IMG/VR virus record: IMGVR_UViG_3300049215_000223
Coordinates: 32,001-96,000 of that record
Length of the DNA stretch: 64,000 nt
Source: a virus
Reading direction: 5' to 3' (one strand)
Numbering within the stretch: the first letter of the stretch is position 1; each line of letters starts with the position of its first letter. Under the pieces are notes generated by a model. That model was not told the origin of the DNA, ran no database searches, and saw nothing but the letters and a program-made list of their open reading frames with translations. The position numbers and the translations under genes were made by a program. Below are positions 44,830-54,627 of this stretch, one piece after another.

Positions 44830-45816
44830 ATGTTGAAAATACTTTATGCGGCAAGTAATAACGAGAATGCAAAAATTCAACTGTCTCGTTTTTTAGCAGC
44901 CATTAAGGACAAGCCTTATACTGTCAAGGTAGCCGCATATAAGAAATCAAGTCCCCAAGTCAATATAGACTGGACTTTAGATTGCTTGCAGAATATGTTC
45001 AAGCCAGATCTAGTATCATTAGATAATGATAATTTTGAGACCTATTTTGAACAAGTAAAGTACTACGCTCCCGATCTAATCATTAGTGATATGGAGTATT
45101 TTACTTCCTATATTGCTGGAGTCCTAGAAACTACACTATGGCAGTGTAGTTCATCTCTCATTAACTTTGCAGTGACTGATCAAGAGAAATACAATCTTGG
45201 ACTCTTTAAAAGATATTCATTTCTCTTGGAGAAAAATAATCCTCTACGCACTCAGCGAACAGTTAATATCATAGATAATTCTAATTACAAATTCGTGTAT
45301 TCTCATCTAGGAGATTGTGTGACGCCTCCTGCCTTAAAAGAGGGATTTGAGTGGATTAGACCATATCATTCGATAGCAAAAGAATCTGTTCCATGTCGCC
45401 ATAATCTTGTGGCAGGCATGTTACGTAATAATAAAAACATTTTCACTCTTCTTCGCAGATATCCAGATTCGGTGGCTTTCACTGAATTCAACGAAGAACA
45501 GCACACAAATCTGTCGCTGAAGGATATAGAGAACCAGGAAGAATATTTTTGTAATCTGAAAAATTCAAACCTTTTCATTTGTGAGGGGCAGACTAGTTTT
45601 TTAGCGGATGCCTTTTACAATAACAAATACTCTGTGGTAATGCCCAACTTCAAAGACGTAGAGTGCATCACCAATAGTATTTTCTCGGAGCATCGAAAAC
45701 TAAGTTCCAATATTTATGAATTTTCTGAGAACATAGAGGAATACCTCAATCGACCGATTATTAGTAATTACAATGATCGTGTGCAATTCTTACACGAAAG
45801 ACTGGACGAATTATGA
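44830..45816 (+). CDS. Glycosyltransferase-like (GT-B, MJ1255-like), degenerate
   Basis: MLKILYAA, PDLIISDME, ICEGQTSFLADAFYNNKYSVVMP resemble MJ1255-type motifs (recognised from memory). Confidence 0.55.
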   Translation: MLKILYAASNNENAKIQLSRFLAAIKDKPYTVKVAAYKKSSPQVNIDWTLDCLQNMFKPDLVSLDNDNFETYFEQVKYYAPDLIISDMEYFTSYIAGVLETTLWQCSSSLINFAVTDQEKYNLGLFKRYSFLLEKNNPLRTQRTVNIIDNSNYKFVYSHLGDCVTPPALKEGFEWIRPYHSIAKESVPCRHNLVAGMLRNNKNIFTLLRRYPDSVAFTEFNEEQHTNLSLKDIENQEEYFCNLKNSNLFICEGQTSFLADAFYNNKYSVVMPNFKDVECITNSIFSEHRKLSSNIYEFSENIEEYLNRPIISNYNDRVQFLHERLDEL

Positions 45817-46421
45817 AGTACATAGCATTAGATATCGGTAACGTATTATGTGATATGAAGCCTATGCCGTTTTTAGAGAGTCTATCTGAGACTTTCAACA
45901 TAACTATTCCAGAAGCACATCGCTTTCTCAAAAGATTCCAACAACTACATGATCTTGGTTATACTAACATGGAAGATGAGTTAAAAGACAAATTTAATGT
46001 CAAGTCTCCTATAGTAATCAAAAAGCTGGTTGATGGTTGGAATGATTCAGTTAATACTAATCTTCATGTTATTAATAGGCTGAACAATCTAAGAGAGAAT
46101 CATGGGCTTCAAGTTGCTTTGCTGTCCAACATAGGAGTAGAACATGCTACTATGGTTGAAAGTAAATTGGCACATGGCGGATTCTTTGACAATGCTATCA
46201 AACATTTCAGCTGTTTTGTCGGGGCTCGTAAGCCATCCTTTATCTTTTATCAAAGCTTTCTATTACAATATCCTGAATTTAAAAATTGTTTATATGTCGA
46301 TGATTTAAAGGAAAATCTAATTGCATCTAAACCATTTGGATTCCAAACTTTCAGATTAGCTTTAGATGAGCATGATGTGAATGCTAAAATAGACGAACTA
46401 GAGGCTGAAATAGTTGGATAA
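45813..46421 (+). CDS. HAD-superfamily phosphatase (YihX-like)
   Basis: IALDIGNVL, LLSN, RKP, YVDD. Confidence 0.85.
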   Translation: MKYIALDIGNVLCDMKPMPFLESLSETFNITIPEAHRFLKRFQQLHDLGYTNMEDELKDKFNVKSPIVIKKLVDGWNDSVNTNLHVINRLNNLRENHGLQVALLSNIGVEHATMVESKLAHGGFFDNAIKHFSCFVGARKPSFIFYQSFLLQYPEFKNCLYVDDLKENLIASKPFGFQTFRLALDEHDVNAKIDELEAEIVG

Positions 46422-46466
46422 ATGATGATATATTTAGTTGTAGAGCCAAATTAAAAGGAATATACA

Positions 46467-46955
46467 ATGGTTAAAGCTGAAGAAAAGAAAGTTAACAAGT
46501 TTCAACAACCTGGCAGAGTCAAAGTTATCAAGGGAAGCATTCTCACTCCAGAAAATGCTGGACTACGCTTTGTCTTGAGCATTAACAATATGGAAGGCAA
46601 GCCAGATGGCAACCCTCTTTTGCCAATTTTTGATAAGAAATGGAAGAAGGTTAAGGAAGAAAGTCGTGGTTGGTATGCAACTAAGACTGGTGCCTATAAG
46701 TTAGGTGCTATCAATACCACCGCTGTCCAAAGCGACACTTGGGTTATTCATATGCTTTGCCAAGATGGAAAGTTTAATACTGATACGAAGGCTCTTGAGG
46801 AATGTTTGAAGAAGGTTTGCGCTAGTGCTAAGTATGAACGCGCAAGTGTTCACGTTAGCACCGTGCTAACTGGCGCCGTTCCTGAGTTGACTGATTTGCT
46901 CAATACCTGCCTAGTAGAGCAGGGTGTATCTGTTTCGTTCTACGAAGAGCCATAA
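46467..46955 (+). CDS. Macrodomain-fold protein (Poa1p-like), degenerate
   Basis: VKVIKGSIL..WVIHMLCQ..ALEECLKKV..ASVHV..V(S)FY layout; lacks the GxGxAG loop. Confidence 0.6.
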   Translation: MVKAEEKKVNKFQQPGRVKVIKGSILTPENAGLRFVLSINNMEGKPDGNPLLPIFDKKWKKVKEESRGWYATKTGAYKLGAINTTAVQSDTWVIHMLCQDGKFNTDTKALEECLKKVCASAKYERASVHVSTVLTGAVPELTDLLNTCLVEQGVSVSFYEEP

Positions 46956-47128
46956 TGCAACCATTAAAGAAAACTGTTACAACAACAGTGAATGTAAGTC
47001 CTCGCATTGCTGACCTTGTTTACTTTGCGCGCTCACTAGCTAATCGCGATATAAAGAGTCTTTCAGACGGAGAGCTGATTGAGCTTGCTGAGTGTTTTTG
47101 GGATACGGAGCACGGCGAAGACGATTGA
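46955..47128 (+). CDS. Small hypothetical protein (57 aa, not in ORF track)
   Basis: TAATG overlap; MQPLKKTV..FWDTEHGEDD. Confidence 0.6.
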   Translation: MQPLKKTVTTTVNVSPRIADLVYFARSLANRDIKSLSDGELIELAECFWDTEHGEDD

Positions 47129-47153
47129 GAATGCCATAATCTAGCATTCTCTT

Positions 47154-47537
47154 ATGGTCAATTTAAAACCCGGTGATCGTGTAGACTGCCGTGTGAAGGC
47201 TAATGCTATCGTTGGTCCGTATAGAGATTACGATATACTTAAAACCTTTGAGATAGTCGCTACCGATCAATATGGTTATTACCTGTATGTTCCTATACAC
47301 TTGACCATCAAAGGATCAGTTAAGGCAGATCAGTATCAGTGTAAGCAATTAGGAATTGACAAACGATTTGTAGATGAACGGATTATCTACATTCAAGGCA
47401 ATTTAGTATTTCAAATTAACCATATAATGGATGGAATGTGCTGCGCCAGATGTAGAGAGTTTTATCCAATGGCTAGCGCCAACCAAGACGATGGCACGCT
47501 AATCTGTTTTAGTTGCCGCTCTAATCCCTATAGATAA
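47154..47537 (+). CDS. Hypothetical protein with C-terminal Zn finger
   Basis: CARC..CFSC. Confidence 0.75.
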   Translation: MVNLKPGDRVDCRVKANAIVGPYRDYDILKTFEIVATDQYGYYLYVPIHLTIKGSVKADQYQCKQLGIDKRFVDERIIYIQGNLVFQINHIMDGMCCARCREFYPMASANQDDGTLICFSCRSNPYR

Positions 47538-47555
47538 ACTTTATGGATACTTTAT

Positions 47556-47680
47556 ATGTTTTCTAAGCATATTGTTGTTGTGCCATGCTGTATGTACTGT
47601 AATAAAGCTAAACTAGACAGAACACAGAAAGAATTTTTCGAGTGGGTTGTAAAGGTATATAATTACCAAATTACGGTAAT
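47556..47680 (+). pseudogene. C-terminal remnant of an HNH endonuclease
   Basis: VVPCCMYCNKAKLDRTQKEFFEWVVKVY with no upstream HNH half. Confidence 0.55.
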
Positions 47681-49783
47681 AAATCCAAGTGCACCTGTAG
47701 CTCCAGGACCGCCTACGCCAGCAACACCGCCTGCCGCGCCGCCGCCGCCTCCACCACCACCTGCACCGCTATTAGCTGTAGGTGCGGCACCAATTAGACC
47801 AGATCCGCCAGCAGCGCTACCACCATTTCCACCATTAGCAGGAATAGCTGTACCGTGAGTGTTAATACCACCAACACCACCACCGCCGCCGCCACCATGG
47901 TTGTTACCGTCATTAGGTCCACCAACTCCACCTACGTTACCAGAAGGCGGGGAAGAGGCTGCTACAAGAACAGCTACAACAGAACCGTTGGCGCCATTGT
48001 TGTTACCGTTTCCACCAATTCCAGCATTGCCTCCAGGGTTGATACCTGGAACACCACTTGCTCCATAAGCTGATGAACTTCCGCCTACTCCACCAGCGCC
48101 ACCAGAACCTGCTCCACCGTTTGCACCAGCAGAACCGCCCTGTGCTCCTAAGAAGAAGATGCCGGTTCCACCAAAGCTAGAGTCGCCTCCGTTTCCACCT
48201 GCACCAACTGGAGAGTTCGTGCCACCAGCACCAGGGCTGCCAATATTGATATTGAGTACACTGCCTGGAACAAGTCCAGTAACTAATACGTGTGATACTG
48301 CTGCTGCACCACCGCCGCCTCCTCCGCCGCCGCCGCCGAATGGGCTGCCTGCACCTGCTGCGCCTTGTCCGCCACCTCCGCCGCCTCCACCGCCACCAGC
48401 GCCACGAACTTGAACAACAGTTACGTTAGCTGGAACTGTGAAAGTACCAGAAGCATTAAAGGTTTGAGCAAACAATACACCAGTTGGTGTAGCAGCTCCA
48501 GCTGGACCTGTTGGACCGGTTGCGCCTTGAGGACCGGTTGGTCCGGTTGCTCCTGCTGGACCTGTTGGACCAGTAGCTCCCGTAACACCTTGAGGACCAG
48601 CTGCACCAGCAGGTCCTGTTGGTCCAGTTGCGCCAGCAGGACCTGTCGGACCTGTAGTTCCTATAGTTCCACTTGGACCCTGAGGTCCGGTAGGACCTGT
48701 AGCTCCTGCTGGACCTGTTGGACCAGTTGGACCTTGTGGACCAATGCTTCCAGTTGCGCCTGCAGGACCTGTTGCACCAGTTATGCCAGCAGGACCAGTT
48801 GGACCTGTTGGACCCTGTACTCCTGCTCCTGTTGGACCTTGAACGCCTGCTGGAGAAACTAAGCCACCACCACCAATGAAAACACCAGGCGAAGAGTTAG
48901 TATTATAACCAAGATTAGTAACAAGAAGTTGTATATCAGAGACAACACTCGCTACTTGATAGTAACCACCACTTGCAACAAATATATTCTCGCCTGCAAC
49001 AACCCAAGTAGCAGTTGCAATTGACACAGATATTTGAGTACCAACAGCAGGTTGAGTATATCCGGCAACAAGTTGTGTAACAGCTGGTAATCCGTTAATT
49101 CCGTTAGCACCATTGGTTCCATTAGTGCCTGGAGTTCCAGTTGGACCTGCTACACCAGTAACACCTGGTGTGCCAGCAGGAGTAACTAATACGTTACCGC
49201 TAATTGTGGCTCCTGGTGAAGCATTGCCCGCAACTGCTAAATTGGTGACAGTAATTTGATTACCAGTATGAGAAGTTATTTTGTAATAACCGCCAGTGCT
49301 AATAAAGACAGTTTCTCCATCAGCTGCCCAAGTAGTAGTTACGACTGAAACGGTAACGCTAGCATTAGCAGCTGGCTGGGTAAAGCTAGATGTAGTAGTC
49401 GTATATGCAGGAGCACCACCCGGACCAGTTGCTCCAGTGCCTCCCTGAGAGCCTGCTGGACCTATTGTTCCTGTTGGACCTTGTGGACCTGTAGCGCCTG
49501 CTGGACCCGTTGGACCAGTAACTCCTTGAATGCCTGTTGAACCAATAGTTCCGGTCGGACCTTGTGGACCTGCGGGACCTGTTGGACCCTGAGGTCCGGT
49601 AGGACCTGTTGGACCCGTTGGACCGATAGGACCTCCGTTAGGACCTGTTGGACCTGCGGGACCTGCGGGACCTGTTGGACCTGGAGGACCGTCTGGTCCG
49701 ATTGGTCCTATGATTTGTACGTCGGGATCGGTAACGTATTTAGTTCCATCCCATCTAACGTATCCTGGTCTCAAGATTGGCAT
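47663..49783 (-). CDS. Collagen-like fibre protein with Gly-rich C-terminal domain
   Basis: Long GPT/GPA/GAT triplet runs; two xTQPA..TW..GE..GGYY repeats; poly-Gly C-terminus. Confidence 0.9.
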   Translation of the reverse strand: MPILRPGYVRWDGTKYVTDPDVQIIGPIGPDGPPGPTGPAGPAGPTGPNGGPIGPTGPTGPTGPQGPTGPAGPQGPTGTIGSTGIQGVTGPTGPAGATGPQGPTGTIGPAGSQGGTGATGPGGAPAYTTTTSSFTQPAANASVTVSVVTTTWAADGETVFISTGGYYKITSHTGNQITVTNLAVAGNASPGATISGNVLVTPAGTPGVTGVAGPTGTPGTNGTNGANGINGLPAVTQLVAGYTQPAVGTQISVSIATATWVVAGENIFVASGGYYQVASVVSDIQLLVTNLGYNTNSSPGVFIGGGGLVSPAGVQGPTGAGVQGPTGPTGPAGITGATGPAGATGSIGPQGPTGPTGPAGATGPTGPQGPSGTIGTTGPTGPAGATGPTGPAGAAGPQGVTGATGPTGPAGATGPTGPQGATGPTGPAGAATPTGVLFAQTFNASGTFTVPANVTVVQVRGAGGGGGGGGGGQGAAGAGSPFGGGGGGGGGGAAAVSHVLVTGLVPGSVLNINIGSPGAGGTNSPVGAGGNGGDSSFGGTGIFFLGAQGGSAGANGGAGSGGAGGVGGSSSAYGASGVPGINPGGNAGIGGNGNNNGANGSVVAVLVAASSPPSGNVGGVGGPNDGNNHGGGGGGGVGGINTHGTAIPANGGNGGSAAGGSGLIGAAPTANSGAGGGGGGGGAAGGVAGVGGPGATGALGFITVIW

Positions 49784-49808
49784 TCAATATCCTTTTGGCG
49801 CTATTGCT

Positions 49809-49833
49809 CAAAAGGATGCCAAATCTTTAGTAT
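49809..49833 (-). promoter_or_regulatory. Candidate late promoter motif
   Basis: ATACTA-AAGATTT-GGCAT-CCTT-TTG upstream of ATG 49783. Confidence 0.4.
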
Positions 49834-49837
49834 ATTC

Positions 49838-50401
49838 TTAGGCGGGCAACGTTCCCTTATAGAGGCTTAAAATAGAATCGATAAATCGAGTACGTTCTTG
49901 CATATTGTCTATATTAATTTGAAAATACCTTAATTGCCACATTTCCAATAAAAACTTAACCATAGCATCAATTGCTACCACTCCGTCCCACGTCAGATTT
50001 TCTCTAACCCCGTCAGCTTTCAAAGTGGCTTTAGACGGGCGTACAAAGAATATAAACGAGTCTGGGTCTGAAAGCTTAGCGATGTAGTCAGATAGCTCAG
50101 AAGAATTTAGTAAATTAGGTAGGATGCGAGTATGCTGGGCTGCATAGGCTAGGCAGTCAAAGCTTCTGTCAGACACAAATTCGTCATGTTTTGCCTCCTC
50201 TTCCAACTGCCTATAAAAGATAGCCGACTGATATTCATCTACCAGTTTCATATCATATCGAAGGGTATCTAATTGTAACTCTTTTTCTGATAAAATAGCT
50301 CTAGCTACTTCTGGTATAAGTGGGACATTATATTTTTCTGATGCATATCGAGCAAGAGTGCTTTTACCAACCGAATGAGATCCTATAAAATATATTCTCA
50401 T
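49838..50401 (-). CDS. P-loop nucleotide kinase (AAA_28/NadR-like)
   Basis: IYFIGSHSVGKSTL, PEVAR, DRSFDCLAY. Confidence 0.8.
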   Translation of the reverse strand: MRIYFIGSHSVGKSTLARYASEKYNVPLIPEVARAILSEKELQLDTLRYDMKLVDEYQSAIFYRQLEEEAKHDEFVSDRSFDCLAYAAQHTRILPNLLNSSELSDYIAKLSDPDSFIFFVRPSKATLKADGVRENLTWDGVVAIDAMVKFLLEMWQLRYFQINIDNMQERTRFIDSILSLYKGTLPA

Positions 50402-51210
50402 GTTAAACTTCCAGCAAGTATGTATTTACGTGTAAGATATAGCGTAGCTTTATTGTATAGTAAATTTGTAATATTTTTGACATCTTCTTTGCCACTATAC
50501 TCTAATCTATATATTGATTTTGTTTTGCCAATTTTAGAATTAGAATTGAGTTTTAATAGTGAGTTTAATGATTTTTTATACTGTTCCAGAAAAATTTTCG
50601 TCCCTACCATCTTAAAATGTAAGCTATTATTTCTTTTATCTAGATAGAATGACCCATCACCGTCAAAATATCCTCTCATAAAATGATTTAGTAGTGGATG
50701 ATTTAATAACCAATCAGGCATGTAGTATGTTGCAGTTTTATTGGGAATAATATTAAATCTTTTTAAATCTTGAAATAATTTAGAGCTAGTTATTTGCACA
50801 GCAACACATTTAGACCATTTAATACCTTTTTTAGTTTTATATTTCTTAATATATTTTTCTGTTTTATGATCACTGCCCAATACCATTTTAATTAATTCAA
50901 GATGCGATGCATCTTTAACTGCTAAACTTATTTTAAGAATTTTTGAATATTTGGCAGAAGTCAAGCTTCCATCAGCAGCAATAAATCCTGCAATATAAAA
51001 ACTTTGTTCATTGTCTCTCGAAAAGAAATCATGATCGACAATATATTTATGATCATATCTTGTTTTAGTTTGAATGCCATTTATTTTAAGAAGTCTTCTA
51101 GCAGTTTTATCAGTCATACCATACTTGTTTGCTATCGCAACGGCACTTCCAAGTTTCATATAATCTTTCTCAAGAAGCTCTTTAGTAAGCCAACTATATT
51201 TGCTAGCCAT
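50398..51210 (-). CDS. LAGLIDADG homing endonuclease (two-motif), free-standing
   Basis: YIAGFIAADGS and FMRGYFDGDGS; N-terminal HTH-like segment. Confidence 0.88.
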   Translation of the reverse strand: MASKYSWLTKELLEKDYMKLGSAVAIANKYGMTDKTARRLLKINGIQTKTRYDHKYIVDHDFFSRDNEQSFYIAGFIAADGSLTSAKYSKILKISLAVKDASHLELIKMVLGSDHKTEKYIKKYKTKKGIKWSKCVAVQITSSKLFQDLKRFNIIPNKTATYYMPDWLLNHPLLNHFMRGYFDGDGSFYLDKRNNSLHFKMVGTKIFLEQYKKSLNSLLKLNSNSKIGKTKSIYRLEYSGKEDVKNITNLLYNKATLYLTRKYILAGSLT

Positions 51211-51267
51211 TTATTTCTCCTGTAATGATAGGTAAATATTAGCAGGTTATGCCGACAAAGTAAACTT

Positions 51268-51750
51268 TCATAAGAACGCCTTTAGGTTTTGAAATTTCTT
51301 GAGGTAATAGAGTACACAATCTCTAGCACCTTCATAGTCATGGTATTTAGTGAAGAAGAATAAAAATATGTGTTGCAGCCGCCAATCAGTAGCGCCATCT
51401 AAGGTTTTGAAACTGTCAGTAAAAGACACTTCAATATAGGGAATCGTATCACCCCATGTTTTATTTTGTTCTTTGAAGAAATCATACCCTTTCTTCAATT
51501 CCCAAAGAGCACTAGATGCGTTGTAATTGTCTCGGGAAATTCCAGCGAATACAATCTCATCCTTACATTCCTTCGACATTTTATTAATGTCTTTCAATAC
51601 TATATACGAATCTATGTTCAAGCCAGTAAATAGTTTGTCTATTTCTGGAGACTCTTTAATCTTACATTTTTCTTGAATGCCAGCCAACATTTTATAAGCA
51701 CTTTGTATTTGCTCAGATGCAATGTATTCATCTTGACTGTACCTAAACAT
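51268..51750 (-). CDS. Hypothetical protein carrying the tag (KAFL)
   Basis: Ends LKKFQNLKAFL. Confidence 0.7.
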   Translation of the reverse strand: MFRYSQDEYIASEQIQSAYKMLAGIQEKCKIKESPEIDKLFTGLNIDSYIVLKDINKMSKECKDEIVFAGISRDNYNASSALWELKKGYDFFKEQNKTWGDTIPYIEVSFTDSFKTLDGATDWRLQHIFLFFFTKYHDYEGARDCVLYYLKKFQNLKAFL

Positions 51751-51752
51751 AA

Positions 51753-51920
51753 TTAGCCCAAATTGGAAATAAGTTGCTTAAATTCTTCTTCAGTAAGTTC
51801 TACTGTATTAGTAATCTTTTTGAGAGGATTTTGATGATCTTTTGCGGAAATCATTATAGTAATCTTACCATTTTCTTTTCGACACTCAATATAGCTTTTG
51901 TCGGTAAAAGTGATCTTCAT
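51753..51920 (-). CDS. Small hypothetical protein (55 aa, not in ORF track)
   Basis: ATGA overlap with map; MKITFTDKSYIEC..FKQLISNLG. Confidence 0.65.
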   Translation of the reverse strand: MKITFTDKSYIECRKENGKITIMISAKDHQNPLKKITNTVELTEEEFKQLISNLG

Positions 51921-52711
51921 GATCTCTCCGTAATAATTTCAACATGATCTTCATGAACGAAGATGCTATGTTCAAAGTGTGCGCCTATGTCATTGGTTTC
52001 CACGGTCCAACCATCAGCAGCCGTCTTAGTGGTTGGGGATCCTATAACAAGCATTGGCTCGATGGCGATGGCAAGTCCTGGTTGAATGCGAAATCCTTCT
52101 TCAGGGTCTGCTTTGTTGGCTACGAATGGGGCAGCGTGCGGCGTATCCCAATCCAAACCATGTCCACCATAATTGTTAACTAATCCAAAACCATGTCCTT
52201 TAGCGCATCTAGAAATGGCATAACCAATACAGCCTAACTTCTTGCCAACCGCAATAGACTGAATGCCCTTCATCAAAGCCTCTTCAGTAGCTTTAACTAG
52301 CTTGACATGCATCTCAGATTTTGGCGCTCCATAAATACATGTTATCGCTGTATCAGCAATAGCGCCACCAATAGTAACGCCCAAATCAAAACTTACGATA
52401 TCACCTTCTTGTAGCTTGTAGTCAGTCGGTATACCATGAACTAGTTGTTTGTTGACAGAAATACATACGCCAGCTGGAAATCCCTTATAATCTTTGAAGG
52501 TAGGAATTCCTCCAGCTTTTTCTATCATGTCCTCAGCTATGATATTGAGTTCGACTAAAGAGTAACGTGTCATGCCTTGAACTAATAATTCCAAATGGCG
52601 TAAAACTTTGGCTGCGATTCTACCAGCTTCACGCTGTTTGTCAAGCCAATCCTGTCCCTTTAACTTAAACAGCCCATTAGTGCTGAATGAGTTCTTTGAT
52701 TCCAATCTCAT
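51917..52711 (-). CDS. map: Methionine aminopeptidase type I
   Basis: YKGFPAGVCISVN..VHGIP, GDIVSFD, ADTA, YGGHG, IEPM, AHFEHSI. Confidence 0.95.
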   Translation of the reverse strand: MRLESKNSFSTNGLFKLKGQDWLDKQREAGRIAAKVLRHLELLVQGMTRYSLVELNIIAEDMIEKAGGIPTFKDYKGFPAGVCISVNKQLVHGIPTDYKLQEGDIVSFDLGVTIGGAIADTAITCIYGAPKSEMHVKLVKATEEALMKGIQSIAVGKKLGCIGYAISRCAKGHGFGLVNNYGGHGLDWDTPHAAPFVANKADPEEGFRIQPGLAIAIEPMLVIGSPTTKTAADGWTVETNDIGAHFEHSIFVHEDHVEIITERS

Positions 52712-52733
52712 TTTAACTTACCTTAATAAAGAA

Positions 52734-53012
52734 TTACTTAATCTTTTCCAGCTGACCCGTTTGTGGATTGCGCCTAAGACCAGACTTGATGTTGGTATTT
52801 TTAACAACCTCTTTAATAGCAGATCTGACATCACCATAATTAATATATTGTCTAAATTCTTTACCTTGTAGAAGTTCAACAATCTTCTTATCAATCATTA
52901 ATAGCGCACCGTTCATATAATTAACGGCTGCTTTATCCAAAGCTGGATTGGCAGTTGAATTAACAACATACTGCCTAACAGTGATAAGATTAACTAGCTC
53001 TCTTAAATCCAT
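52734..53012 (-). CDS. Hypothetical protein
   Basis: 92 aa ORF in operon. Confidence 0.7.
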   Translation of the reverse strand: MDLRELVNLITVRQYVVNSTANPALDKAAVNYMNGALLMIDKKIVELLQGKEFRQYINYGDVRSAIKEVVKNTNIKSGLRRNPQTGQLEKIK

Positions 53013-53314
53013 TAGATGCCTGCTTGTTGTTTAGCGGCGGCTGCAGCAGCACCGCGATGAATATCGCCATTCTCACTAATAGCATCAGCTTCAGTCAAAC
53101 CATACTTCATGTACAGCTGTAAAACTACATATTTGTAATTGAGTTCAGCATTATCATTGTTGGCTAAAGCTGTTTTAGCCTCGGCAGTTGCAACGAGCTT
53201 TCTAGACTTAGCAAGCTCTAGTGCCATTCTATCTAATTCAGACATCTTTTCAGCTGCCTTTGGTGTTTCTGGAACTGGGATAACTGCTGGTACTTGTTCT
53301 GTCTCGGTGCTCAT
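53012..53314 (-). CDS. Hypothetical coiled-coil protein
   Basis: 100 aa ORF, TAATG overlap, AGGAG SD. Confidence 0.7.
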   Translation of the reverse strand: MSTETEQVPAVIPVPETPKAAEKMSELDRMALELAKSRKLVATAEAKTALANNDNAELNYKYVVLQLYMKYGLTEADAISENGDIHRGAAAAAAKQQAGI

Positions 53315-53322
53315 AAAACTCC

Positions 53323-54627
53323 TTACAATATTTCGGCTGCTGTAGAAGCTAACTTGCTTCTCTCTCCCTGTGTAAAGGTGACGTGACCAGCTAGGTCAGA
53401 GTCCTTAAATCTTTCAATTACATGGGTTAATCCGTTACTAGTTGCATCTAGTAGAGAATTATCGATCTGTTCTATATCACCAGTCAAAATAATTTTGGTA
53501 CCGTCACCAGCTCTGGTTAGAATGGTTTTAACCTCTTCCTTGCTAAGGTTTTGGCATTCATCAATTAGGATAATTGCATTTGGAATACTTCTACCTCTAA
53601 TATAGGTAATAGCTTCCATTTCAATTTTACCCTTCTTTTGGAACATTTCTAAATCTCTTTTCCAATCAAATCCAACCTTGTTTCCAAATAGAAGTTCAAA
53701 GTTATCCATGATTGCCTGGAACCAAGGAGCGAGCTTTTCTTCCATAGTGCCTGGCAGATAACCGATATCATTTCCGACCGGCTGAATTGGGCGGTAAATA
53801 ATAAACTTATCATATTCTTTTCTGCTGATGACTAGCTCTAAAGCGGATGCCAATACAACCAAGCTTTTACCAGTACCAGCGCGACCAATCAAAGTAACCA
53901 AATCAACTTTCTTATCCATGATCAAATCAATGGCAAAAGCCTGTTCTTTGTTTCTGGAAGAAATGTTCCAAGGATAAGATTTTCTAATTAGTTTGATCTT
54001 ATCATCATCTGTCTTGCGACCCATAGCAATCCCATCGCCATCTGGACCTTCAAACAATACACATTCATGTGCGTGTAAATTAAATCCGTATGTTTGGGGA
54101 TCGATAACGCCATTCTTGATCAATTCAATACCAGCTTCTTCGTGAACAATAACACGCGTACCAGAATACAAATCACTCAATGAATAACGATCGCCTTCAT
54201 GAGAAATGGCATCAATATTTCTAGACTTAGCTTTAACTCTTAAATTAATATCATTGCTGACCAGAGTTACATCATGTTCTGGATGAGCAGACCAAGTATC
54301 AATGGCGCAAGCTAGAATTTGAGTATCTACATATGTTGGATCTCCCAACCCACTTGAGCCGCTTAGATCGCGATATGTTGCATCAATTTTAAGCAATACA
54401 TCATTGTCTAATGTAATACCGGTGCTAATGTCGAGCTTTTCGCTGGTCTCATCTAGTAAGCGAATGCAAACACGGGCATTTCTACCAGCTTCACCGGATT
54501 GCTTTTTCAATTTGTCTAGCTCATTCAATACTGCAATTGGAATGATGACATCACAATTTGGGAACTGCTTCCAAGCGCAAGGATCATAGATTAGAGCCGA
54601 AGTATCAAGAATGTAAATTTTTCTCAT
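53323..54627 (-). CDS. phoH: PIN-domain + PhoH ATPase fusion (PhoH2-like)
   Basis: YILDTSALI (PIN), LVSNDINLR, GRAGTGKS, YIRGRS, IDECQN, GDIEQID. Confidence 0.92.
   Translation of the reverse strand: MRKIYILDTSALIYDPCAWKQFPNCDVIIPIAVLNELDKLKKQSGEAGRNARVCIRLLDETSEKLDISTGITLDNDVLLKIDATYRDLSGSSGLGDPTYVDTQILACAIDTWSAHPEHDVTLVSNDINLRVKAKSRNIDAISHEGDRYSLSDLYSGTRVIVHEEAGIELIKNGVIDPQTYGFNLHAHECVLFEGPDGDGIAMGRKTDDDKIKLIRKSYPWNISSRNKEQAFAIDLIMDKKVDLVTLIGRAGTGKSLVVLASALELVISRKEYDKFIIYRPIQPVGNDIGYLPGTMEEKLAPWFQAIMDNFELLFGNKVGFDWKRDLEMFQKKGKIEMEAITYIRGRSIPNAIILIDECQNLSKEEVKTILTRAGDGTKIILTGDIEQIDNSLLDATSNGLTHVIERFKDSDLAGHVTFTQGERSKLASTAAEIL

Noticed and set aside
47556-48862. Pro-rich and Cys/Trp/Thr-rich + strand ORFs (47556, 47859, 48159, 48365)
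   Set aside because: Antisense translations of Gly-rich and GXY repeats in the collagen-like gene
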